From: an uncultured Verrucomicrobiae bacterium
Lineage (GTDB): Bacteria; Verrucomicrobiota; Verrucomicrobiia; Chthoniobacterales; Chthoniobacteraceae
DNA length: 64,000 nucleotides
NCBI GenBank assembly: GCA_963769025.1
Contig: CAVYKI010000003.1
Location: forward strand, 32,001 to 96,000
Reading direction: 5' to 3'
Positions 54,840-64,000 of this stretch are shown here, piece after piece; within the stretch, counting starts at the first letter, position 1; each line of letters begins with the position of its first letter. The notes beneath the pieces are model-generated. The model was not told where the DNA came from. It ran no database searches and was given only the letters and a program-made list of their open reading frames with translations. Both the position numbers and the translations under genes were made by a program.

Positions 54840-55611
54840 ATGAACACACCAACCGATCCACCGAACCCGCAACCCGCACCCGACTCCGGCAATCCGCCGC
54901 TGCCAGCTCCCGCCCTCGCTCGCGCAGGACGCCGGCCTCGGAGCCGTCCTCGATACGCTGCTCAAGCGTCCCGCGTCCTGATCGACGCACTCTGCGATCC
55001 GCAAGCCGTCGCGCCACTGGCTGCTGCTCGCGCTCGTCGCGGTGCCGGCGTTCGCGCTTTACGGGCTTGCTCGTCGGCACGTTTTCCGGCGGTGCGCAGC
55101 TCTTCGCCGCGTCCGCGAAAGTGAGCATCGGGCGCGCTGCTGAGCGCGCTCATCTGCTCTGCCGAGCCTCTACATTTTCGCGTGCCTCACGGGTGCGGAG
55201 GTGTCGCTGCGCGGACTCGCCGGCGTGCTCTTCGCCGCGCTCACGCTGCACCGGCCTGCTGCTGCTCGGCTTCGCGCCGGTGGCGTGGGTGTTTTCGCAG
55301 TCCACCGAATCGGTCACCTTCATCGGCACGCTGCATCTGATCTTCTGGACCATCGGCGTTTGGTTTGGCCTGCGCCTGTTCACCCACATGACGGACGTGC
55401 TGCGCGTCCAGCGAACGCACGCATCTGCAAGGTCTGGATGGTGATTTTCCTGCTCGTCTGCCTCCAGATGACCACCGCACTGCGACCGATCATCGGCACC
55501 TCGGAACACTGGCTGCCGAAGGAGAAGAAGTTCTTCCTCGCACATTGGAGCGAGAATCTTTTCGCCGCGGCGCCGACGAATCCGACCGCGGAACTCGGCA
55601 CTCGGGACTGA
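54840..55611 (+). CDS. Hypothetical membrane protein related to the preceding gene (frameshifted)
   Basis: GFAPVAWVFSQST and WMVIFLLVCLQMTTALRPIIG echo the motifs of 54132..54827. Confidence 0.6.
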
Positions 55612-55642
55612 GTATCCTGTTATTCCGCGACCTACAGCGCGT

Positions 55643-57358
55643 TCACTTTGCAGTCTGCGCCTTCGCCGCTTCGAGGGCGGGCCGGCCCACGGTGTCGCGC
55701 TGGGAGGTGTAGCCGGGGCCGCCGCCGCCAAGATAGCCGCCGCTCGCGCCGTGTTGATCGGCGCTGACCCAGAACGCGTAGAGTTTCCCCGACGTGAGGT
55801 GAAAGCGCAGCCGAGCCGCCGTGCCGGCCACTGCCGCGAGATCGGGCGCTCCCGTCCATTTCACCTCTGTCAAAGTCGAATCGCCCTTCACCGGTTCGCA
55901 GTTCGCCCGCGTGAATGGCTCGATGGGTTTCCCGTCGCGGTCCAGCAGTTCGGCGAGCAGTTCGCCCGCGGGCGCATCGACATTCACGAACAGCCGCCGG
56001 CCTGAGAAGCTCACCGGCCGCGTCGTGATCGAGCCGCCTTCCGGCCCTGCTTCGAGCGATGCGAATCCGTCCCTCCGCATGATGCCCACGCCGGTGCTGC
56101 CGCCGGAATCCTCACCGGGCGATCCCGGGAAAGCCAGGCCCGCGCGGCCGCTGACGTAAAAATACAGATGGTCCCCCATGACCACGCAGCAGCCACCGGC
56201 ACTCTGCACGTTGCCCCAATTCCACGCGCCGCGCTGCTCCGACACCGGCAGGAATGGAGTCCGATCCGGCCTCGACCAGTTGAAGCCGTCGCGGCTGAAT
56301 CCCACCGACACCGAGTTCAACTTCGGCCGGCCCTCCTTCTTCATCGCCTCGATCTGCCCGGCCGGAATCTCCGCTTCGCGCGGCTCTTTTTCACTGTGCG
56401 CACTGCCGCGGTAAATGGTGAACAGCCCGATCATGACGCTCTCGTACCCCGCGCAGTCGAGATTGTAGAGTTGCGGATAGGTTTTGAGTTCCGGTCGCAT
56501 CCCGTCGAGCCGGTCGGCACCGGTCCATAGCGGCGGCGCCACATCGTTCCACGCGCCTTCGCCGAAGACGGGGCTCTCCGCATAGCGCCTCGCCCGCGAG
56601 CCGCCGCCCCAGCCGTGGCGCAGCGAGTAGACCCACACTTTGCGGAATGGATTGTAGCCCAGGCAGCACCGGTCGCCGGATTTGCCGAGCAAGCCGAGCC
56701 GGTTCCACCGAAGCCCGTCCGCCGACACCGCCGTGTAATATTTGCCCGCGCTATGCCACACCATCTTGTAGCGCCGCTCCGGGTCCTTTTCCTCCAGATC
56801 GAGCCACATGCCGTGCATGTCGTTCTGCGGAATCGAAAGTGCGCTCGTTCCCTTGAGCACGCCCCAGTCCGGCTTCTCCCAATGCAGCCCGTCCTTCGAG
56901 ATCGCGAGCGCAACACGGTAGCCGTAGCCCGCCATGTACCACATTTTGAAAACCGAATCCCGCGGATCCCAAAAGACTCCGCCGCTGAATGGCATAGCCA
57001 TCGGGCCCGTGCGCGAGTGCCATTCCCACGGCCGGTCGGGCGTCACCACCGGGTTGCCCGCGTAGTATTCGGGCTGGTGAAAAACGCGCTTCAGCGTGCT
57101 TGCTTCGATCAGGAAATCGTCCACGAAAAGCTGGCGTCCCACGTCGATGGGAATGACCGCGGGCGGCGAAACCAGGTACGGCGGAACGGGTGCCTCCTCG
57201 CCCTTCACGAAGCGATCGTAGGTGATGTCGCGCGGCGGCCACACGTCGGGAAGGACGATGCCGTTGTAGAGCGTTTCCACGCCGGAGACAGTGGCTGGAA
57301 TCGCGAGCACCGCAGCGGTGGCGATGGAAAAGAGACGGCGAGGGAGGTTCGGGCTCAT
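55643..57358 (-). CDS. Secreted GH32/GH43-like beta-propeller protein
   Basis: Signal peptide; GRQLFVDDFLI, FKMWY, SKDGLHWEKP, SADGLRW, SRDGFNW and RRDGFASL. Confidence 0.75.
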   Translation of the reverse strand: MSPNLPRRLFSIATAAVLAIPATVSGVETLYNGIVLPDVWPPRDITYDRFVKGEEAPVPPYLVSPPAVIPIDVGRQLFVDDFLIEASTLKRVFHQPEYYAGNPVVTPDRPWEWHSRTGPMAMPFSGGVFWDPRDSVFKMWYMAGYGYRVALAISKDGLHWEKPDWGVLKGTSALSIPQNDMHGMWLDLEEKDPERRYKMVWHSAGKYYTAVSADGLRWNRLGLLGKSGDRCCLGYNPFRKVWVYSLRHGWGGGSRARRYAESPVFGEGAWNDVAPPLWTGADRLDGMRPELKTYPQLYNLDCAGYESVMIGLFTIYRGSAHSEKEPREAEIPAGQIEAMKKEGRPKLNSVSVGFSRDGFNWSRPDRTPFLPVSEQRGAWNWGNVQSAGGCCVVMGDHLYFYVSGRAGLAFPGSPGEDSGGSTGVGIMRRDGFASLEAGPEGGSITTRPVSFSGRRLFVNVDAPAGELLAELLDRDGKPIEPFTRANCEPVKGDSTLTEVKWTGAPDLAAVAGTAARLRFHLTSGKLYAFWVSADQHGASGGYLGGGGPGYTSQRDTVGRPALEAAKAQTAK

Positions 57359-57509
57359 GGGGGGAGTTCTGAAGATGAGCCTCGTGGCCCCGCCTCCTTG
57401 GATTTTGCTTTTGCGCCCTGCGGACAATGGCCGGTCGAACTCCGGAACGGCGTCGAGTTTCCGGGGTGTTCGGCTCGAGCCATTCGACGCCCTCCTGCCT
57501 CCCGGCCGC

Positions 57510-59711
57510 TCACTTCGACCGGCTGAAGCGATTTCCGAGCAGCGTCTCCGCGACGACGAGGCCGATGGCGAGCAGCGCAAACGGCAGCCAGAGTTCCGTC
57601 CCGTTGCGCTCACGTTCCATCTGGCCACGAAGGTCTGCTTCGGGTGTCCAGCGGACGATGCGCGCTGTGCCGCCGAGCGCGGCGAGGTCGGCGGCGGAGA
57701 GTTCGTGCAGGTCGCCTTCGCCGGGATCGGATGCGGCGGCGAAACGCACGGCGGTGCCAGTCTCCTCGGTGAAGTGAACGGCATACGCGCCGGCCACCGA
57801 AGTGTCGGCCTGCTCGATCTGCGGCGCTCCATTTTTTACCATCACGGTGCGCGTGCGCGCGGCACCCTGCTTCGCGCCGGGCTCGGCGACGGAGTAGTTT
57901 TTCCCGGCGCGCTCCGCGGCGACGGTGTACGTGAATGGCGTGCCGGCGCGGATGTTCAGCCGGTCGCCAAATCGCGCGAGGAGGAATCCGAGCGTGCGAT
58001 GCATGAGCGGGACGAAGACGGGGCGCACGGGCAGGTCGTTCCACGCACCGCCGGCGGTGCTGCTGAACTGCACCACGCGGCCCAGGCCGAACGGGCGCTC
58101 CATCACCGCAGGCTCGCCGTCCGCGTAGCTGAGCACCACTGCCGGCAGGCCGGCGTCGCCGGGCACGTCGCTTTGCTTTGCGGACTGAAGCGTGAATGCG
58201 CGGTAAAATTGCGCCGAGCCGAGCGTGCCGCTCGCGGGATCCTTCCACAGCTCGACGATGCGGTGCGCGTAGTCCTTCGTCTGGAGGCGGAAAAACTTCT
58301 CCGGGCGCTCCGCCTTCGTCTCGTCGAATGCCTCGCCGCGCACGGCGCCGAATGCCGCCGGCAGCAGGCCGCGCTCGCCGAGCAGGCGATCGTTGTAAAA
58401 CGGCACGCTGATGCGCGACCCGGGAAAGACGAGCAGGCCGCCGCCGCCGCGCACGTAGGCCTGCAGCGCGTCCGCCGCGAGCGGCGAAAGGTCCACGACA
58501 TTGGCGAGAACGACCGCGTCGAAATCGCGCAGCGCGGTCTTTTCAAACTCCGCGCCGGTGACGGTGCGGGTCTTGATGAAGAAGCGGTCGCGCAGTTCCA
58601 CGGGCACGGGCGTGAGGGCGTTGCGCAGGTAGAAGACTTCGCTTTCGCGCGGCTCCGCGCCGGGGTTGCCGTCCACGAGCAGCACGTTCACTTCGTCGAT
58701 GACGCGCAGCGCGAGCGAGCGCCGGTCGTCGAACGGGCATCGGTCCGCGTGCAGCCGCGCGGTGACGGTGTGGAAGCCCGGCTCGCGGAACGTGGCGAAA
58801 AGCGAAAGTGCTCTTCGGCGCGCCGCCCGGCGGGATGCTGTCGAGCGTCTGCTCGTCGGCAGGCGGCTCGTCGTCCACGGCGAGGCTCACCGCGACGCCG
58901 TCCGCCCCGGCGGGTCCGAAATTTGCGACGGAGACCTCGAACCGCAGCGGCTGGTTCACCGTCGGAAGCGCGGTCGCGAGGCGGACATCGGTGATCCCGA
59001 GATTCCGTTCCTCGCCCTCGGTGGTAAGCACGAGCTGTCGCGCGCATCTCGCGCTTCACGGATTCGAGCAGCGTGCGGATTTCGCCGGTGCCCTTCCAGC
59101 CGATCGCCTGTCCGTCGGTCACGGCATAGACGCTTTTGTGGACGCCCGGCTGCTTCTTGCAGCACCTCCACCGCACGCCGCAACGCAGGCTGCCACTCGG
59201 TCCCCTGGTCCGCGCGCTTCGCCTCGCGGATGCTTTTCCGCGCGAGCGCGAGATCGCGCGCCGGCTCGGAGACGGATTCGCGCACCGTGTCGGACACGAG
59301 CCACACGCGCGACGCGCGAACCCGCCAGGCAACGCCGTCGAGAATCTGCCCCGCAGCCTTCTGCGCCTTTTCAAAACGCGAGACCGCACCGTCAGTCGCG
59401 GACATCGAGCCGGAGTTATCGAGCGAGGATGATCGCCGCCTCATCACCGCCGAGAAACCCGACCCCGCCCTCCCGCAACGATGGCCGCGCCAGCGCAAGC
59501 GCCAGCAGCGCGAGGATGAGGCAGCGCAGCACGAGCAGCAGGATGTCCTCGATGTTCATCTTCCGCTTGTTCCGATCCACGGTGACCTTCAGAAACCTCA
59601 TCGCCGCCCACACCACGCGCTTGATCTGCTTCTTCGCGAGCAGATGGATGATGATCGGCGAAGCAATCCCCGCAATGCCGCGCGAGCAGCCAGTGGATTC
59701 AGGAATGCCAT
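57510..59711 (-). CDS. Second BatA/vWA protein (several frameshifts)
   Basis: MAFLNPL..., WAAMRFL...LALARP, LDNSGSM, VTDGQ, VLLVDG and GTELWLPF TM. Confidence 0.78.
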
Positions 59712-59715
59712 GGCC

Positions 59716-60638
59716 TCAGCCGTAGCGATGCTGCCGGGTGGCGAGGTAGGCGGTGAGGACTTCGGCCCAGGGCTGGTCGGTGGTCGACGCGGATGTACGT
59801 GGCAGCCGTAGCGCTCGCAGGCGAGGCGGATGCGATCGAGGAATGCGCCGAATTCCTCGAGGTAGCTTTTGCGGATTTCCGCCGGGCGCGTGAGCATCCG
59901 GCCCTGCGCTTCGAGGCCGATGAAACTCGACCGTGCCCTGGAATGGAAAGGTCACCTCGTACGGATCGAGCACGTGAAAGACGATCACTTCGTGCCCGAC
60001 AAAGCGCAGGTGCTGGATGCCGCGGATGAGCTTCTCCTCGTCGTCGAACAGGTCGCTGATCAGGATCACGATGCCGCGGCGTCGCGTCTTGCGCGCGAGG
60101 TCGTCGAGCATCGTCGGAAATGGCCGTGCGCTGCGTCGGGATCGAAGGCGCTGAGCCGGTGCAGATCGTGATGGATTTTCGCGAGGTTGTCGGTGCGCGG
60201 CTGAGTGCTCGCGCGACTTGTCGTCGAAGACTGTCACCGCCGCGGCGTCGCGCTGGAGCAGGATGAGATAGGCGAGGCACGCCGCCATCACCTTTGCGTA
60301 GTCGAGCTTCGTCACCGCGCCGCGAGCCGTACTTCATGCGACTCGCTGCCATCGAGCAGCAGGTGCGCGACGAAGTTCGTCTCCTGCTCGTATTGCTTGA
60401 TGTAGTAGCGGTCGCTGCGCCCGAGCACCTTCCAGTCGAGATGCCGCGTGTCGTCGCCGGGGACGTATTCGCGGTGCTGCGCAAACTCGACGGCGAAGCC
60501 GCGGAACGGCGACTTGTGCGCGCCGGCCATGTAGCCCTCGACGATCGTGCGCGCCTGCAGGCCGAGATACTCGGTCTTCTGGATCGCCTCGGGATCGAGC
60601 AGCGGCGGGAGCGCGGGCTGTTGGGGGGTGCCGGACAT
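59716..60638 (-). CDS. Second DUF58 protein (frameshifted)
   Basis: GAHKSPFRGFAVEFAQHREYVPGDDTRHLDWK, YEQETN and ILISDLF. Confidence 0.88.
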
Positions 60639-60737
60639 CGCGCGGAGGGTTGCGGAAGGTACGAAGATTTTCCGAGGGGAAAATGGAATGCCGTCCTTGA
60701 AACGTTCACCAGTTCGAGAGCAGGACGGCGTGCATCG

Positions 60738-60876
60738 GGTAGCGCGGGCATCCTGCCTGCCGTGCTGCGCATCCTGCGCAGCACACGACGGACGACCACA
60801 GGCGATCGGATCGCTCTGGGTGTCCGTGTGCATTCCGCAGGATGCGGAATGCGGCGGGCGGGACGCCCACCCTACC
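60738..60876. repeat. REPIN-like element with GGTAG...CTACC ends and two hairpins per arm
   Basis: GGTAGCGCGGGCATCCTGCCTGC-GTGCTGCGCATCCTGCGCAGCAC ... GCATTCCGCAGGATGCGGAATGC-GGCGGGCGGGACGCCCACCCTACC. Confidence 0.78.
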
Positions 60877-60892
60877 GGAGGCACGCCAGCGG

Positions 60893-61720
60893 CTAGTCGG
60901 TTCCCAACGTCCGATTGGGAGCAGTCGATGTGAGCAGCACGCGGTTGTTGCCATTGATGTGCTGGATGGCGGAGACGAGTTCGCCTGCTTTATGGCCAGC
61001 GCGAAGGCAGATGTTGTAGCGTAGTTCGGTCATCATCCCCGCCTGGATGGACTCGACGGATATCAGGTCGTGCCGCTCGAGAAACTTTCCGAAGGTCTCC
61101 TCGAATGCTTCGTCGTAGTTGATGTCATTCGTCACGCGGATGCGCAGGTAGTGACTCGCGCGCGTCGGCGCGAACCAGTTGCGACGGGAGAACCACCAGA
61201 TGATGGCGCAGATGAAGATCGTCGTGGCGGCCGCGAGGCCGTACTGCCGCGCGCCGACGCCGAGGCCGGCGGTCATCGCGAAGAAGATGAACGCGACATC
61301 GCGCGCCTCGCCGAGCGAAGTGCGGAAGCGGATCATGGAAAACGCGGCGAACATCCCGAAGCCCGTGGCCATCGCATGTTCGCCGTCTCCGCTGCGGATC
61401 ACCATGACGATGACGCACACGACGATGCCGAGGATGATGAGGGTGTGGATGTAATCCTGGGAAAGCTTCGGCCCGCGGAAAGTCGTCTTGTAGAGCGCGG
61501 CGATGAGTGCGGTGAGGCAGAAGGTGAGCAGCGCGGCGAAGAGGATTTCGATCAATCCCGGCGTGCCCAATCCAAAGCCGAGCGTGACATTGAAAAAATC
61601 CATCACCGGGCGAAACGCGGGCGAGTTCTGAAGCTCCCTGAAAAGTGGCCAGAGCTTTTCAGGCGCGATTTTTCCGGCATCGGCGAGGAACGGTGAAAGG
61701 GATCCGAAGGGATGGAGCAT
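60893..61720 (-). CDS. DUF4956 membrane protein
   Basis: GFGMFAAFSMIRFRTSLGEARDVAFIF...GLGVG and a C-terminal ACT-like domain. Confidence 0.85.
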   Translation of the reverse strand: MLHPFGSLSPFLADAGKIAPEKLWPLFRELQNSPAFRPVMDFFNVTLGFGLGTPGLIEILFAALLTFCLTALIAALYKTTFRGPKLSQDYIHTLIILGIVVCVIVMVIRSGDGEHAMATGFGMFAAFSMIRFRTSLGEARDVAFIFFAMTAGLGVGARQYGLAAATTIFICAIIWWFSRRNWFAPTRASHYLRIRVTNDINYDEAFEETFGKFLERHDLISVESIQAGMMTELRYNICLRAGHKAGELVSAIQHINGNNRVLLTSTAPNRTLGTD

Positions 61721-61728
61721 GAGGTGGA

Positions 61729-62596
61729 TTAACCCGCGGCCTGAACAAACGCTGGAGCGCTGAGGGGTGAAAATGCCGGAGCTGCCTTGGCCGGTGCGAC
61801 CGGGACGGATTTCCGCCACTTTGGCGAAAGCATCGTGCGGAGGACGGGATCGCTTTGCTCCAGCGCGGTGGAATACTTCGAGTGGCTCTGCAGCCGGCAG
61901 CCCGTCGCGGAGATCGTGCGGCTGAGCCAGAACGGGATGCAGCCGGTGATTTTCACCTCCATCACCGCCGCGCCGTCTTCGTCGGGCCTGCACGCCGTGT
62001 CGAAACGCCGGTCGTCCGGTTCGGGCGTGAGATTGTCGAACCGCGCCCGGACGCCGCTGTCGAAAGTCACGCGCAGGTCGCTCTCCGGGTCCGCCGCGGC
62101 GTAGGCCGCGCGGTCGTAGCGCATCACGAGCACCGGCTGGAACCGCCTGCGGAGCACCATGTCATGCACCTCGCGGATCACCCGCGCGTCCGGCTTCGGA
62201 AAATTGCACGCCTTCCGGCCAGAGCCCGTCGCCGGCCCGCAGCGCATGTTCGAGCGGCAGCTTCACGCGCCGTTTCACACCGCGACCGTCGCACTTGTGT
62301 TTGACCTCGATGAACGCGGTCGCAGGCACGGCCCCGTCCTTGCTGCCATAGACGCGCACGCGCAACTTTCGCCGGCTCGGGAGCCCGCGCGCCTTCTCCC
62401 AGTAGCAGTCGCGCTCGCCGTTGTCGTAGTAAAGGCTCACCACCGGATACTGCGCACCGGTGCCCGCATTTTCATCGGGCCGGAGGTGCGGTGCGAGCTG
62501 CGTCATCAAGGCGGACTCTCTGCGCCACCGTGACGGCAAACTTCATCTCGAATCGATCGATGCGGAGACTCACGTGGTCTGGTGGGGCCTGTTCAT
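61729..62596 (-). CDS. VTC / polyphosphate-polymerase (CYTH-like) domain protein (frameshifted; start approximate)
   Basis: RFEMKF, YPVVSLYYD, RRKLRVRVY, FIEVKHK, YDRAAY, LRVTFD, VMEVK and HSKY. Confidence 0.85.
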
Positions 62597-62706
62597 TGTC
62601 AAAAACAACGCGGCGCTTTTGATCGGACGGGCCCGCGCAAATCAACCTGCATCTTGCCGGCACGTTCATTGTGAAAACGAATTCATCCCGCATTCCGGCG
62701 CGCACG

Positions 62707-64000
62707 TCACTCGCCGCCGAAGAATTTCCGGAACGAGCGCAGCAGGCCGCCCGCTCGGCCTTTCGGGCCTGCGCATGCCTCCGTCGTCCTGCGCGCCGCC
62801 GTCCCGCTTCACGAAGGGCACGAGCAACGTGTTTGAGTTTCGCCGCCGCCAGTCCTCGTGGGCCCGGCCGGATATTTCTCGGCTGGAGCGCGCTTCATCA
62901 CGTCCACCCACACGGGCAGCGCAAGCGCGGCGCCGTAGCCTCTCGGGACGATGGTCGCCGGCTTGTCGAGCCCGACCCACACGCCGCACGTGAGCGAAGT
63001 CGTGTAGCCGACGAACCACGCATCGTGGTAGTCGTCCGTCGTGCCGGTCTTGCCGGCGGCGGGCTTTGTCCAGCCGAGTGCCTTTGCGGAGGCTGCGGTG
63101 CCGCGCTGCATGACTTCCGTCAGAATGTCGCCGGTCGTCGCGCAGGTCTGCTTGTCGAGCGCGGCGACGGTGATGTGCGACGCCCGGAAGAGGATGTCCC
63201 CGTCCGCGGAGTCGATGCGCTCGATCATGTAGCCCTGGCGCCGCACGCCGCCATTGGCGAAGACGCTGTAGGCCACCGTCACGTCCTTCGGCGATGCGCC
63301 GAAATTGCCGACGTAGCTCTGCGCGCTCGTCGGGATTTCCGGCAGGCCGGCCTTCACGGCGAGCTTGGCCACGTTTTCCAGCCCGGCGCGATCGCCCACG
63401 CGGATGCTCATCGTGTTGCGAGAATGGATGAGCCCTTCCTCCGCCGGCAGCGCGTCGCCAAATTTGCCGTCGCTGTTTCCCGGGTGCCAGCCGCCGGCGT
63501 GCGCAATCTCGCCGGGTTCGAGCGGCCCGTCGCTGATCGTCGTGCCGGGCGAGAGGCCTTTTGCAAATGCCGCCGCGTACACGAACGGCTTGAACGTCGA
63601 GCCGACCGTGCGCCGCGCATCGATGGCGCGGTTGTACTTGCTGTCGCGGTAGTCGCGCCCGCCGACGAGCGCGCGGATGGCGCCGGTGCGGTTGTCCACG
63701 ACGACGACCGCGCCCTGCAGGTATTCCGTCGGCAATTCCTGCTTCCGCGCATCCTCGCCGTAGGCCGCCTTGCTCGGGTGCGGATAGCCGGTGCGCTGCT
63801 CGACTTTCGTCAGCGCGCGGTCGAGCGCCTTCTGCGCCTCGTCCTGCAGCACGGGATCGATCGTCGTGTAAATCTTCAGCCCTCCCTCGAGCTGCTGGTC
63901 GTCGTCGAGCAGCACGTCGAGTTCGCGCATCACCATGTCCATCGCGTAATTTTCCTGCGTGCTCACGCGCTTCGCGGCGACGACCTTCAGCGGCTGCTCC
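62707..64000 (-). CDS. Class A penicillin-binding protein (PBP1a family), 5' partial; 3' end frameshifted
   Basis: GGLKIYTTID, GSTFKPFVY (SxxK), SRN, GKTGTT and DAWFVGYT; likely end GLLRSFRKFFGGE* at 62707. Confidence 0.9.

Overview
GC-rich bacterial chromosome segment. Gene content (Verru_Chthon pseudopilin cassette, DUF1549/1553 with DUF1501, BatA/vWA/DUF58/MoxR) points to Verrucomicrobia, probably Chthoniobacterales; this is an inference. In order along the window: a TolC / short SecA paralog / membrane-fusion-protein secretion locus; a D-B-C-A-A pseudopilin cassette with two diverged ~1000-aa tip subunits separated by a 23-codon remnant ORF; a degenerate class III cyclase, recR and a photolyase; a DUF1549/DUF1501/WD40 module; an Hsp70 carrying an in-frame REP doublet; an LptF/G permease; an ECF sigma/anti-sigma pair ahead of a MoxR-DUF58-vWA operon; recO, rph, tRNA-Pro(CGG), EVE, LMF1, DUF362, squalene synthase, methyltransferase, mscL, an oxidoreductase and hicBA; an uncharacterised five-gene AlkP-superfamily/sulfotransferase operon; lysC, mgtE and a PQQ-like propeller; a winged-helix regulator locus with two matching palindromic operators that includes ispH; a GH32-like protein, a second DUF58/BatA pair, DUF4956 with a VTC protein, and a partial class A PBP. 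Beyond about 46 kb many conserved genes carry several frameshifts, most simply explained by long-read consensus errors. No CRISPR array, prophage, integrase or transposase was seen. All family assignments come from motif recognition by eye, not database searches.
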